Shown here: piece after piece, positions 17,635 through 28,016 of the stretch
How positions within the stretch are numbered: position 1 is the first letter of the stretch
How the letters are laid out: each line of letters opens with the position of its first letter
From: Methylophaga frappieri
GTDB taxonomy: Bacteria; Pseudomonadota; Gammaproteobacteria; Nitrosococcales; Methylophagaceae
NCBI RefSeq assembly: GCF_000260965.1
Contig: NC_017856.1
Location: 1,380,001-1,412,000, forward strand
Reading direction: 5' to 3'
Length of the DNA stretch: 32,000 nucleotides
Notes under the pieces: generated by a model
Told to the model about the DNA's origin: nothing
What the model saw: only the letters and a program-made list of their open reading frames with translations
The model's database searches: none
Made by a program: the position numbers and the translations under genes

Positions 17635-18381
17635 TCAGAGATCTGCCAACCAGTTTGCTACCCCATCAATGGCATCATAACGGGTGAGATCTATCTGCAA
17701 CGGCGTAATGGATACCGCACCGCGACGGATGGCATCAAAGTCGGTACCGGGTCCGGCGTCCTGTTCAGCACCGGCTGGACCTATCCAATACATCGGGCGT
17801 CCGCGAGGGTCCTGTTCCCGAATAATGGGTTCGGCTTTATGCCGATGGCCAAGGCGAGTACTTTCAAATCCAGTAATATGATCGATGGGGATATCCGGTA
17901 CATTCACATTCAAGATTGTGTCTGCGGGTAAAGCCGCTTTGCTGAGCCTGGTAACCAGTTGTTTTGCTACCCAGCCAGCTGTCTCATAATGCTTACCCTC
18001 AAAACTGGTTAGTGAAATAGCAATGGCCGGCAAGCCGAGAAATCGGCCTTCCATCGCCGCAGCGACAGTACCCGAATAAAGCACATCATCCCCCAGGTTG
18101 GCACCGGCATTGATGCCGGAAACCACCATATCTGGCTCGTCTTCCAACAAACCGGTAATGGCCAAGTGCACACAGTCTGTAGGCGTACCCTCAACCCGGT
18201 AAATACCATTCTCTAGCCGATCCAGACGCAACGGATTTTCCAGTGTTAATGAATTACTGGCACCGCTACGATTTCGATCCGGCGCCACCACCGTAATATC
18301 ACCGCAATCTTGCAGCGCATGAGCCAGCGTATGCAGGCCGCGCGCCATATAACCATCGTCATTACTAATCAGGATTTTCAT
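17635..18381 (-). CDS. surE: 5'/3'-nucleotidase SurE
   Basis: 248 aa. The N-terminal [10 protein letters not shown] signature and the GTPTDCV and [10 protein letters not shown] blocks are present. Confidence 0.95.
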   Translation of the reverse strand: MKILISNDDGYMARGLHTLAHALQDCGDITVVAPDRNRSGASNSLTLENPLRLDRLENGIYRVEGTPTDCVHLAITGLLEDEPDMVVSGINAGANLGDDVLYSGTVAAAMEGRFLGLPAIAISLTSFEGKHYETAGWVAKQLVTRLSKAALPADTILNVNVPDIPIDHITGFESTRLGHRHKAEPIIREQDPRGRPMYWIGPAGAEQDAGPGTDFDAIRRGAVSITPLQIDLTRYDAIDGVANWLADL

Positions 18382-18499
18382 TGGACCTGGCTTTGAAATT
18401 ATGTTGATTTAACGTCCCGCTATGATAGCAGGCACGTGACCTTGAAAACACTAAAACCGATTGATTAAGCAGCGCTTTCCCAATGTGGCACACTTAATT

Positions 18500-20731
18500 T
18501 TATTCCGATGCTGTCACCTCACTGACTTTTTGCAGACCTCTCGGTAACTTGTGGCCACGTTTGCCGCGTTCCCCGCTGTAGTGCGTTAAATCTGCTGGTT
18601 TTAAGGTTAAATGCCTTCTGCCAGCATACAGCGTCAAACTATAATTTTCCGGAATTAAGGTAACTGACTGCAGCCATTCTTGGCCGCCACTAAACCGGGC
18701 TGATGGAATATTAATTAACCGGACACCTTTGCCTTTATTTAAGGCCGGAATTTCGTCTGCCGCAAACACCAATAAGCGGCCATCACCTGAGGCTACGGCA
18801 ACGTGCACATCCTGATTAACAGGTAACAAAATAGGCGGCAACATGGCGGCCTTATCCGGCAGATTAAACATGGTTTTACCGGCCTTATTTTTGGCTAGTA
18901 AATTATCAAAGGTCGTAATAAAGCCATACCCAGCAGAGTTTGATAACAAGACTTTCTGCTCCGACTCTGCCGTCAATACCGCAACAAAACGGACTTCTGC
19001 GCCAGTCTGCAAACGACCACTTAGTGGCTCACCCTGTCCGCGTGCAGAAGGCAAGGTATGTGCTGACAAGGAATAACTGCGCCCGGTTTCATCAAGAAAA
19101 ACAATTTGCTGATTACTGCGTGCTTTCACGGAAGCCAAATAGCGATCACCAGTTCGGTAATTGAGTGACTCCGGATCTACATCATGACCTTTGGCAGCTC
19201 GAACCCAACCGCTCGCAGACAATACAATCGTCAACGGTTCTGTGGGTAACAATTCAGTATCACTTAGCGCTTTAGCTGCCTCTTGGGGTTTGATTCGACT
19301 TCGACGTTCATCGCCATATTTTTCTGCGTCTGCTGTCAACTCTTTGCGAATCAAGGTTTTCAGTCTGGTTTCAGAGTTCAGCAGTTGTTCCAAGGTTTTC
19401 CGCTCTTTGGCAAGGTCATCCATTTCGCCCTGAATCTTCATCTCTTCTAATTTCGCTAAATGCCGTAAGCGTAATTCAAGAATCGATTCAGCTTGTCGCT
19501 CAGACAAGTGGAAACGGGACATCAATGCTGTTTTTGGTTCATCTTCTGTGCGGATGATGGCGATAACTTCATCAATATTTAAGTACGCAATCAACAGGCC
19601 TTCAAGCACATGCATGCGATCCCGGACTTTATCAAGGCGATATTGCAAGCGTCTGGTCACCGTTTGAATACGATAAGTTAGCCACTCACTGAGCATGTCG
19701 CGCAGGTTTTTCACCTGCGGCCGGCCATCCAGACCAATCATATTCATATTGACCCGATAGCTGCGCTCCAAGTCTGTTGTCGCAAATAAATGCGACATCA
19801 AGCTCTCGGTATCGACGCGATTGGAACGCGGCACAATGACTAACCGAACCGGCTGATCGTGATCCGACTCATCTCGCAGGTCGGCAACCATCGGCAGTTT
19901 CTTCGCCTGCATTTGCGCGGCTATCTGTTCCAGAACTTTGGCGCCGGATACCTGATAAGGCAAGGCGTCAATAATAATTTCGCCATCGACCACCTGATAG
20001 CAAGCACGTTGCCGAATAGAGCCATTGCCGGTTTCATAAATTTTGCGAATATCAGCATGGGAAGAAATGATCTCTCCGCCGGTGGGAAAATCGGGTCCCT
20101 GAATCACGGCAAGCAGGTCATCCAGCGTGGTGCGAGATGATTTAAGTAATAATAAACAAGCCTCAACCACTTCTCGCAGATTGTGCGGCGGAATATCCGT
20201 TGCCATACCGACAGCAATGCCAGTTGCGCCATTTAACAGCACATTTGGCAATCGCGCTGGTAATAACTCCGGTTCATCCATGGTGCCATCAAAATTGGGC
20301 ACCCACTCAACCGTGCCCTGACCAAGCTCTGATAACAGGCTCTGTGCATAAGGCGCCAGTCTGGCTTCGGTATATCGCATCGCTGCAAAGGATTTGGGGT
20401 CGTCCATCGAGCCCCAATTACCTTGTCCGTCGATCAAGGTATAACGGTAAGAGAATGACTGCGCCATTAACACCATGGCTTCATAGCAAGCTGAATCGCC
20501 GTGTGGGTGATATTTACCTAATACATCACCAACCGTTCGAGCGGATTTTTTGTGTTTGGAAACAGCACTGAGACCAAGCTCAGACATAGCGTAGACAATA
20601 CGCCGTTGCACCGGTTTCAGGCCATCAGCTAAATGCGGTAGCGCCCTGTCCAAAATGACGTACATGGAATAATCGAGATACGCTTTTTCGGTAAAGTTGC
20701 GGACCGGTAGTTGTTCCAAATCGTCAATCAT
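18500..20731 (-). CDS. parC: DNA topoisomerase IV subunit A
   Basis: 743 aa. The N-terminus [29 protein letters not shown] and the catalytic Tyr context [10 protein letters not shown] are present. Its length fits ParC rather than the longer GyrA, and it is adjacent to parE. Confidence 0.93.
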   Translation of the reverse strand: MIDDLEQLPVRNFTEKAYLDYSMYVILDRALPHLADGLKPVQRRIVYAMSELGLSAVSKHKKSARTVGDVLGKYHPHGDSACYEAMVLMAQSFSYRYTLIDGQGNWGSMDDPKSFAAMRYTEARLAPYAQSLLSELGQGTVEWVPNFDGTMDEPELLPARLPNVLLNGATGIAVGMATDIPPHNLREVVEACLLLLKSSRTTLDDLLAVIQGPDFPTGGEIISSHADIRKIYETGNGSIRQRACYQVVDGEIIIDALPYQVSGAKVLEQIAAQMQAKKLPMVADLRDESDHDQPVRLVIVPRSNRVDTESLMSHLFATTDLERSYRVNMNMIGLDGRPQVKNLRDMLSEWLTYRIQTVTRRLQYRLDKVRDRMHVLEGLLIAYLNIDEVIAIIRTEDEPKTALMSRFHLSERQAESILELRLRHLAKLEEMKIQGEMDDLAKERKTLEQLLNSETRLKTLIRKELTADAEKYGDERRSRIKPQEAAKALSDTELLPTEPLTIVLSASGWVRAAKGHDVDPESLNYRTGDRYLASVKARSNQQIVFLDETGRSYSLSAHTLPSARGQGEPLSGRLQTGAEVRFVAVLTAESEQKVLLSNSAGYGFITTFDNLLAKNKAGKTMFNLPDKAAMLPPILLPVNQDVHVAVASGDGRLLVFAADEIPALNKGKGVRLINIPSARFSGGQEWLQSVTLIPENYSLTLYAGRRHLTLKPADLTHYSGERGKRGHKLPRGLQKVSEVTASE

Positions 20732-20749
20732 TACTGTTTAGTTCCCTAT

Positions 20750-22645
20750 CTATCCGACAGTGGCCATATCACCATGTTGTTCAAGCCAAATACGACGATC
20801 TGCAGACCGTTTTTTGGCCAATAATTTATCTAGCGTCATGTCTGTTTCATCATTGGCATCAATCGTTAGCCGAATCAAACGACGGGTATCCGGTGCCATG
20901 GTGGTTTCCCGTAACTGCAGTGGATTCATCTCGCCCAAGCCTTTAAAGCGTTGGATGCTAAGTTTGCCTTTAATATTATCGCGCTCAATCCGATCAAGAA
21001 TCATCTGCCGCTCTTCATCATCCAGGGCGTAAAACACCTGTTTACCAACATCCACACGATATAACGGCGGCATCGCAACGCAGACATGTCCGGCAGCAAC
21101 TAACGCCCGAAAGTGCCTGACAAACAACGCACAGAGTAGCGTGGCAATATGCGCACCATCGGAGTCAGCATCCGCAAGAATGCAGATTTTGCCATAACGT
21201 AATCCACTCAGATCCTCTGCACCCGGATCAACACCAATCGCCACAGCAATGTCATGGACTTCCTGAGATGCCAGCACTTGAGAAGGCTCAACCTCCCAGG
21301 TATTTAAAATTTTGCCTCGTAACGGCATGATGGCCTGAAAAACCCGATCTCGCCCCTGCTTGGCACTACCACCTGCGGAGTCACCTTCAACCAAGAATAA
21401 TTCCGATCGGCTGGGATCCTGTGAGGTGCAATCTGCCAGTTTGCCTGGCAAGGCAGGGCCGGATTGAACCCGTTTTCTGACCACTTTTTTGGCTTGTTTC
21501 AGTCTGGACTGGGCATTGCTGATAGCGATTTCCGCAATTTTTTCACCGTCTTCGATATGATGATTTAACCAAAGGCTAAATGCATCTTTGACTGCGCCAC
21601 TAACAAATGCAGCACATTGCCGTGATGACAAACGCTCTTTGGTTTGACCGGAAAATTGCGGATCTTCCAGTTTGACGGAAAGGACATAACAGCAATATTC
21701 CCAGATATCTTCAGCCGACAGCTTGACTCCTCTCGGCAGCAAACTACGAAACTCACAAAACTCACGTAAGGCCTCTAAAATCCCACTTCGCAACCCATTC
21801 ACATGCGTACCGCCCTGCGCGGTCGGAATAAGGTTGACATAACTTTCCGCTAAAACGTCCCCCGGTTCCAGCTGCCACATCAGTGCCCAATCGACTTCTT
21901 GTTGTTCATCTGCAAATTGCCCAACAAACGGCTTTGCCGGCACACAGGGCACATCGGTCATGGCCGTTGCCAGATAACTGTTTACCCCGTCTTCATAACA
22001 CCAAGTGTCGGTTTGTTTTTCAGCTCCACTCTGATCTTCAAATGTCACCACCAGCCCGGAACATAAAACCGCTTTGGCGCGTAACACATGCCGGAGCCGC
22101 GACACCAGAAACTTCGATGCATCAAAAAAACTGGCATCTGGCCAGAAGCGCACGCGGGTGCCAGTATTGCGTTTGCCAACAGTGCCAGTTTCCGCCAATG
22201 GCTCAATTAACGCGCCATTGGCAAACGCAATCTGATAACTGATGCCATCACGACGAATCCCAACTTCCAGTCGAGTTGATAGTGCATTGACAACCGACAC
22301 ACCAACGCCATGCAAACCGCCCGAATAGCGATAATTTTTGTTGGAAAATTTACCGCCCGCATGCAAGCGGGTCAAAATCACTTCGACGCCGGGCACGCCC
22401 TCCTCAGGGTGCAAATCAACCGGCATGCCACGTCCATCATCAATCACTTCCAGTGAATTATCCGCATATAAAATAACGTGAATGGATTTGGCATGCCCGG
22501 CGATGGCTTCATCCACACTGTTATCAATGACTTCTTGCGCCAGATGATTTGGCCGGGTGGTATCGGTATACATGCCGGGGCGTTTTCGGACTGGCTCCAG
22601 ACCGGTCAGCACCTCGATCGCCGAAGCATCATATATCGTGTTCAT
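20750..22645 (-). CDS. parE: DNA topoisomerase IV subunit B
   Basis: I chose the start at ATG 22645 (MNTIYDASAIEVLTGLEPVRKRPGMY) because it aligns with the conserved ParE/GyrB N-terminus. It has a Toprim motif LFLVEGDSAGGSAKQGRDR and PLRGKILN. At 631 aa it is ParE-sized, not GyrB-sized. Confidence 0.93.
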   Translation of the reverse strand: MNTIYDASAIEVLTGLEPVRKRPGMYTDTTRPNHLAQEVIDNSVDEAIAGHAKSIHVILYADNSLEVIDDGRGMPVDLHPEEGVPGVEVILTRLHAGGKFSNKNYRYSGGLHGVGVSVVNALSTRLEVGIRRDGISYQIAFANGALIEPLAETGTVGKRNTGTRVRFWPDASFFDASKFLVSRLRHVLRAKAVLCSGLVVTFEDQSGAEKQTDTWCYEDGVNSYLATAMTDVPCVPAKPFVGQFADEQQEVDWALMWQLEPGDVLAESYVNLIPTAQGGTHVNGLRSGILEALREFCEFRSLLPRGVKLSAEDIWEYCCYVLSVKLEDPQFSGQTKERLSSRQCAAFVSGAVKDAFSLWLNHHIEDGEKIAEIAISNAQSRLKQAKKVVRKRVQSGPALPGKLADCTSQDPSRSELFLVEGDSAGGSAKQGRDRVFQAIMPLRGKILNTWEVEPSQVLASQEVHDIAVAIGVDPGAEDLSGLRYGKICILADADSDGAHIATLLCALFVRHFRALVAAGHVCVAMPPLYRVDVGKQVFYALDDEERQMILDRIERDNIKGKLSIQRFKGLGEMNPLQLRETTMAPDTRRLIRLTIDANDETDMTLDKLLAKKRSADRRIWLEQHGDMATVG

Positions 22646-22845
22646 GGGTGTTATTTTGTCCATTCGAGAATGCCCGAAACTTAGCAGGATAAAGCCATTG
22701 GTACAAGTACCATGCATACTGGCATGTCAAGTGCAGAGCGCACAGCAAGCCCGAAACGAGACCACTCTCTCTGACATCAATCCAAAATCGCCTCTAAACG
22801 TAAATTGGAGAAGCGGCCATCACCCTATTGAAAACCTATCTAAAA

Positions 22846-24030
22846 TTAAGACTGCTGCTGGTAGCGAAGCTGTTCACAGGCCTCCGCCATCTGCTGACAG
22901 GCTTGTAAAATCATGTTTCTTGGCGCGGCCAGATTCATTCGCATGAAGCCATTACCGCCGGTACCGAAAAGACTGCCAGGACTTAATCCGACCCCCGCCT
23001 GCTGCACCCAAAAATTCTGTAGTGCATTGTCATTCATTTTCAATGCTCGGCAATCAAGCCACAGCAGGTAAGTCCCCTGTATCGGCGTAATACGGATAAA
23101 AGGCATCTGCGCGGCAAAAAATGCGCATACCTGTTGCCGAGTTTGCTCAACATAATCCAGCAAGGCATCCAGCCATGCTTCACCTGATCGATAAGCGGCT
23201 TCTGTAGCAACAATACTAAAAGGATTGGCGGCACTGACATGCCAGCGCTTGAACTCCGCGTCGATAGCCTGCTTCTGTGCTGGGTCAGGTACTACCAGCG
23301 ATGATAAGTTTAAGCCAGCGATGTTAAATGTTTTGCTGGCGGAAATTGCTGTAATCACCTGTCCTGGCGCTGCCAACTTGGCCAGTGGGGTGTGTTGTGA
23401 TTGTGCCAACAATAAATCGGCATGTATTTCGTCACTGAGTATAACCAAGCCGGTCTGTTCAGCGATGGCCAGTAACGCACGTAACTCATACTCATCCCAG
23501 ACGCGGCCAACCGGATTATGCGGTGAGCATAAGATGAATAGTTTGGCATGCCGCGCCTGTTCAGCGAGGGAAACCAGATTCATCCGATATCCGTTTTCAG
23601 TGGCTAACAAAGGATTTTCGATCAATTTTCTTCCGGTTTCGGTAACGGCAGAAAAAAACGGAAAATAAACCGGTGGCTGCACAATCACGCCATCACCGGG
23701 TTCGGTCAGCGCATTAATACAAGCATGAATCGACGGCACAACACCCGGACACATCATTAGATCTGTCTTATTTATCTGCCAGTCAAACCGTTTCAGATAC
23801 CACGCCTGTATAGCTTGATACAGCGTATCGGGAAAAAGGTGATAACCATAAATCGGATGTGCTGCCCGAGCCTGTAATGCCGCTGTGACTGCGGATGGAC
23901 AGGCAAAATCCATATCGGCAACCCATAATGGAATGACATCATCCCGGCCAAACAGGGCTTTTCTATTGTCATACTTCTGCGCACCTGTTGCGGCTCTTTG
24001 CAAACGTTGGTCGAAATCAAATTGACTCAA
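22846..24030 (-). CDS. ovoB: PLP-dependent C-S lyase, MalY/PatB family (OvoB-like 5-histidylcysteine sulfoxide lyase candidate)
   Basis: 394 aa. The N-terminal FDFDQRLQRAATGAQKYD resembles MalY. The PLP-lysine context is SASKTFNIAGL. The TTG start (24030-24028) overlaps the ovoA TGA (24029-24027). The next in-frame Met lies inside the conserved region, so TTG is the only sensible start. Confidence 0.8.
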   Translation of the reverse strand: MSQFDFDQRLQRAATGAQKYDNRKALFGRDDVIPLWVADMDFACPSAVTAALQARAAHPIYGYHLFPDTLYQAIQAWYLKRFDWQINKTDLMMCPGVVPSIHACINALTEPGDGVIVQPPVYFPFFSAVTETGRKLIENPLLATENGYRMNLVSLAEQARHAKLFILCSPHNPVGRVWDEYELRALLAIAEQTGLVILSDEIHADLLLAQSQHTPLAKLAAPGQVITAISASKTFNIAGLNLSSLVVPDPAQKQAIDAEFKRWHVSAANPFSIVATEAAYRSGEAWLDALLDYVEQTRQQVCAFFAAQMPFIRITPIQGTYLLWLDCRALKMNDNALQNFWVQQAGVGLSPGSLFGTGGNGFMRMNLAAPRNMILQACQQMAEACEQLRYQQQS

Positions 24031-26162
24031 CGCTTACGTTCCCAGATCGTCACCTCAGACAGGGTATGCTGAAATTTGTGGCTGGTTTCACGGATTACAA
24101 ACGGTATGGATTGTGGCTCGGCAATGCGCGCAAAGTGTTCATCCAAAATATAATGGAGACCATCCAAGGTCGTAAAACTTTCTCCGTCTTTTTTAAACCC
24201 GCCCAACCATTTGGTTTTTTCGGTATGCGCTTCCAACCAAGTATAGGGAGAGGCAAGTACCAACAGCCCCCCCTGATTCAACCGCTCATGAATGGATTGT
24301 AAAAACAAAGCAGGATCATAAAGACGGTCGATAAGATTCGCAGCGACTATCAGGTCATAGCCTTGATAGGTTTTTTTCAGATTACAGGCATCCCCCTGCA
24401 TAAAGCTCACTTTATCGGCAAATTCTGACAAACCAAACGACGCTAAATGCTGCTCCCGGTATTGCACCAGTTCACCTTCGTCAATGATGGTATAACGAAT
24501 CACACCGCGTTGCTGAAGTTGCACCCCCAGATTGATTAGACGTGCAGAAAAATCGATCCCGGTGACAGCATCAAATTCACGTGCCAATTCAAAGCTACCT
24601 CTGCCAACGGCACATCCCAAATCCAATGCCTTATGTTTTGGTTTGTCAGCCATAGCCTTGATGGCATATTCCATCAAGGTTTTTTGAAAATTAGGCACCT
24701 CAAAGTAAGTTTCACCGTAGTGAAACTCTGCATATTCAGACAGCATTTTGTCAGTCTCATAATGCGAATCGACAACGTTGACCGGCGCATCAGAAACCAC
24801 GTAACGAAACCCTGCATGTTGAAAAAAGTGACGTCGAAAAGCATATCTGGCCGAACCCCGAGATTCATTACCACACGAGATCCAACTCCCCCCTTTAATC
24901 AGGTTGTGCTGACCGTCATAAGTTGGCGTAGTGAAATCATCATAGATCGGATGCACTTTAAAGCCATCAAATGGATAAATGGGGGTTTCCGTCCATTGCC
25001 AGACATTGCCAATGACATCATAAAAATCACCATGCTGAAACAGATTTACTGGGCAGGATGAAGCTGCATAATCCAAATGAATATTAGCTTCGGCAGGGTG
25101 ACCATCCAGCTCTGCAACTTTGGCAAAGTCGTAAAGCCGATACCATTCGTCTTCGGTTGGCAGTCGTACCGTTTTGCCAGTTTTCTCTGCTTGCCAATGA
25201 CAAAATGCTTTCGCTTCATGATAATTCACCTCGGCAGGCCAATCCCATCGCATTGGTACGACTTCTGTCATCAATCGTAATTGCCAGCCTGATGTGTCTG
25301 CTACCCAAAAAGTGGGATGCGTTGCCTTGGCAAATCGGCGCCATTGATTGCCTTCTTCAGTCCAGTACTCAACGTGCTCGTATCCACCAGCTTCGATAAA
25401 TTCCAGAAACTCCTGATTGCTGACCAAAAACTGGCTGGCTTGAAAGTCGGCCACCTCAACTTGGTGATCGCCATATTCATTATCCCAGCCGTAGACAGGG
25501 TCATCGAATGCTTTACCAAGCTTTACCGTTCCACCAGTGACCGGTAACAATTGATTTTCAGGTGCCTGGCCTGTCTGGGTAAAAGGACGCCACTGCGCTT
25601 GTTTACGCACATAATCAAGCTGCTGCTGACGAATCAGGACAGATGATGTTTCCAGATGGATTTGCTCGTGCTCAATTCCCATCAGAATCGCCCACCATGG
25701 ATTTTGCCAGTCAATTGGTAACTTCAATGGTGCCGAAGCAATCACCTTATTAACCAGTTTTTTAACCGCCTGCCGATAGTCACGAACACGACTCACGGAT
25801 GGCCAGTCATAATGCCTCTCATCAAGGTCATCCCAGCTCATTTCATCAACGCCAACAGCAAACATGGATTCTATCTTGGCATCGACGCGAGTTTTGATTA
25901 GCCCCGTAAGCAACATTTTGTTAATGAAAAAAGTTGCAGTATGCCCATAATAAAAAATTAATGGATGCCGCAAAGGGATCGATTTTCGATAAAAACCCGT
26001 TTCATTCTCTAAGGTTTCGAACAAGGACTCATAACGTTCAAAGGTCGCATTAAACCAATTTGCAATCTCGCGGCGCTTCGCCGCGACATCCTCACCAGCC
26101 AAAACGGGGGTTCTCTGGATTAGCGCTGTAGTATCGGTAGATAGCGCACTTTTTGCATTCAT
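24027..26162 (-). CDS. ovoA: 5-histidylcysteine sulfoxide synthase / methyltransferase OvoA (ovothiol biosynthesis)
   Basis: 711 aa with the three-domain OvoA architecture. The DinB-like N-domain carries YYGHTATF and the H-x3-H-x-E motif HEQIHLE (nt 25650-25670). The FGE-sulfatase-like middle domain has GNVWQWTETP and GGSW. The C-terminal SAM methyltransferase has ALDLGCAVGRGS. SD AAGGA lies 7 nt before the ATG. Confidence 0.9.
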   Translation of the reverse strand: MNAKSALSTDTTALIQRTPVLAGEDVAAKRREIANWFNATFERYESLFETLENETGFYRKSIPLRHPLIFYYGHTATFFINKMLLTGLIKTRVDAKIESMFAVGVDEMSWDDLDERHYDWPSVSRVRDYRQAVKKLVNKVIASAPLKLPIDWQNPWWAILMGIEHEQIHLETSSVLIRQQQLDYVRKQAQWRPFTQTGQAPENQLLPVTGGTVKLGKAFDDPVYGWDNEYGDHQVEVADFQASQFLVSNQEFLEFIEAGGYEHVEYWTEEGNQWRRFAKATHPTFWVADTSGWQLRLMTEVVPMRWDWPAEVNYHEAKAFCHWQAEKTGKTVRLPTEDEWYRLYDFAKVAELDGHPAEANIHLDYAASSCPVNLFQHGDFYDVIGNVWQWTETPIYPFDGFKVHPIYDDFTTPTYDGQHNLIKGGSWISCGNESRGSARYAFRRHFFQHAGFRYVVSDAPVNVVDSHYETDKMLSEYAEFHYGETYFEVPNFQKTLMEYAIKAMADKPKHKALDLGCAVGRGSFELAREFDAVTGIDFSARLINLGVQLQQRGVIRYTIIDEGELVQYREQHLASFGLSEFADKVSFMQGDACNLKKTYQGYDLIVAANLIDRLYDPALFLQSIHERLNQGGLLVLASPYTWLEAHTEKTKWLGGFKKDGESFTTLDGLHYILDEHFARIAEPQSIPFVIRETSHKFQHTLSEVTIWERKR

Positions 26163-26227
26163 CAGTCAATCCTTGTTTTGCAGCTTTGCATTAACTTAAC
26201 AAATAAATTACCCCAAGTAGACAAGAC

Positions 26228-26809
26228 CTACTCTGACGCGATTTGCGCTGCCAACCAAGCAGTTTTTGCTGACAGCTCCAATGAACAGCTCCACTTGTAG
26301 GCGAGATTAATTGTTTCCGCACAAGCGTAAAGACCATGGCCTTTTACCATGACTATCGGATGTTCAGCCAACGCTAAAGCGACTTTTTTAGGTGATTCTG
26401 TCACATAATCTGTGTAATTAATGTGAATGACCGGCACCACTGGAAAATAATATTGACCTTCAAAGTCGATTGGGGTGAAATCCTTGCCTGTCAGGCTAAA
26501 AGCGACGGCATGCGGACCATGACTATGTATGACACATTGTGCAGATTCATTTTTTTGGTAAACCGCGATGTGTAGTCTGGCATCTAAAGAAGCGCCAGTG
26601 CCACAATCGCCGTCAATATGACAACACACCAGATCATCCGGCATTAAGGTATCAGCACAACAGCCGGTTGGTGTTATCCAAATCTGGTCATGCCAACGCA
26701 GTGAGGCATTACCACTATGCGAATCATTACAGCCATACTGGCGTAGCCAGCGGTAATGTTGGACGAGTTGTTGTTTTAGTTCGTTTAATTCAACGATAGG
26801 ATCAGACAT
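26228..26809 (-). CDS. Class II aldolase/adducin-family protein
   Basis: Start taken at ATG 26809 (MSDPIVELNELK...), giving 193 aa. Family blocks are SHSGNASL, ITPTG, the SLDARLH acid/His region, IHSHGPHAVA and VKGHGLYA. The ATG overlaps the TPR gene stop (ATGTCTGA, 26802-26809). The longer track ORF (to 26923) lies wholly inside the TPR gene. Confidence 0.8.
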   Translation of the reverse strand: MSDPIVELNELKQQLVQHYRWLRQYGCNDSHSGNASLRWHDQIWITPTGCCADTLMPDDLVCCHIDGDCGTGASLDARLHIAVYQKNESAQCVIHSHGPHAVAFSLTGKDFTPIDFEGQYYFPVVPVIHINYTDYVTESPKKVALALAEHPIVMVKGHGLYACAETINLAYKWSCSLELSAKTAWLAAQIASE

Positions 26810-28016
26810 CTTCTTCCGGCTGACGCTGCTGCAAATGACGAAGCCATTGTGCCGCCTGACTGCGTTGTTTATCAAATCGCAATGCTTGTTGCAGTCGTTG
26901 TTCAGCCGTTTCGATATCTTCAAGATGATAGGCGATCATCCCTGCCAGTAAATAGGCATCGCCCTGTTTTTCTGAGGAAAGTTTATCAATCGCAGCGACA
27001 ATCGGTTCCTGTGCTGATTGCCAACGTTCTTCGCTGACATATACTCGCGCCAGTTTGAGATCCGTTTCACCGCTATTGTCCGCACCACGCATTTTTTCAA
27101 GCACCACGGCAGCGCGATCGCCTTCTCTTGCCGATAACCAGCTATCGGCCAATTTTTCAAGATTCTCAAAATTGCCGCTAATCACTTTGTTGTCGAGTGA
27201 TTGCTGCAATAATTCACCTGACTTGAATGGAATCCTCAAATAACGATACATATTGCTTAATTGCATCACGGTATCTGCATCTCCCAGATCCAAGCGTTTG
27301 ACCAGTGCCGTTACGGCCAACGCGGTCAATTGTTTTTCCTGACGGGCATACAGGGAACTTAATTGTTGCCAATAAGTTTTGTCCTTGGGCTTCATGATCA
27401 GCAAGGTTTCCAGCACATTGATTGCCGAATCGTATTGCTGCATCTCAAGGTGTGCCGCCAACTGCAACCGGAACCACTCCTCTTTGGGTGCGTTATCCCG
27501 GGAAATAGCAATACGAATATTTTCAACCGTCTTGGTAAATTGCTTTAATTGATAGTGTGCCGTCGCCAGCAGGACATAAACGCGGTTTTCCGGCCCATCC
27601 TCTTTTTGCAGCCATTGTTCTAATAGGTTGATACCCTGCTGAAACTGCCCATCCGCTATTAATAATTGTGCCAGGTTATAGCGCAAATTATGGTTGACCT
27701 CTTCGGGCAGCGCATTTAATGCCAACGCAGCCCGAAAACGTTCTGTTGCGCGGGCATAATCTCCCGTTTCAGTGTAAAGATAGCCCAGTGTTTGCAATAC
27801 CACAGCGCGTTCATAGCTACCATCGGTGGTTTCAGAAACCAATTTAATCAAGGCAACCTCAGCCTGACTGTATTGCTCATCGGCCATTTGTTGCTGTGCC
27901 GCTTCCAGCGCTTTGTAAGTTTTCTCGGTTAGCAAATACGCTTGTTCTGCCATGACGACAAACGGCCAGACAGTACAAATAACGAAGACAAACAATGATG
28001 ATTTCAATTTATTCAT
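26802..28016 (-). CDS. TPR-repeat protein, TtpD-like last component of TonB2-type cluster
   Basis: About 404 aa. A signal peptide (VWPFVVMA-EQ) is followed by repeated A/Y/L TPR-like helices. The ATG at 28016 shares its A with the tonB TGA (TGATG). Confidence 0.75.
   Translation of the reverse strand: MNKLKSSLFVFVICTVWPFVVMAEQAYLLTEKTYKALEAAQQQMADEQYSQAEVALIKLVSETTDGSYERAVVLQTLGYLYTETGDYARATERFRAALALNALPEEVNHNLRYNLAQLLIADGQFQQGINLLEQWLQKEDGPENRVYVLLATAHYQLKQFTKTVENIRIAISRDNAPKEEWFRLQLAAHLEMQQYDSAINVLETLLIMKPKDKTYWQQLSSLYARQEKQLTALAVTALVKRLDLGDADTVMQLSNMYRYLRIPFKSGELLQQSLDNKVISGNFENLEKLADSWLSAREGDRAAVVLEKMRGADNSGETDLKLARVYVSEERWQSAQEPIVAAIDKLSSEKQGDAYLLAGMIAYHLEDIETAEQRLQQALRFDKQRSQAAQWLRHLQQRQPEEDV

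Noticed and set aside
22646-22717. 24-codon N-terminal extension of parE in the track ORF (MHGTCTNGFILLSFGHSRMDKITP)
   Set aside because: The conserved ParE/GyrB N-terminus begins at MNTIYDASAIEVLTGLEPVRKRPGMY. The extension has no counterpart and no better SD.
22700-22745. TTGACA hexamer upstream of parE as a promoter -35 element
   Set aside because: No acceptable -10 hexamer lies at 16-18 nt spacing (CTTGTA, ACTTGT or TTGTAC), so the promoter call is not supportable by eye.
22557-22946. 129-aa + strand ORF spanning the parE-ovoB intergenic region
   Set aside because: It overlaps the 5' end of parE and the 3' end of ovoB in antisense. It has no SD, and its Ser/Pro/Arg-rich sequence shows no recognisable motif. 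The 200-bp spacer itself holds only tiny ORFs without an SD.
26810-26923. 38-codon N-terminal extension of the aldolase ORF
   Set aside because: It lies entirely within the TPR gene in another frame. The conserved class II aldolase N-terminal helix starts right after Met-39 (ATG 26809).
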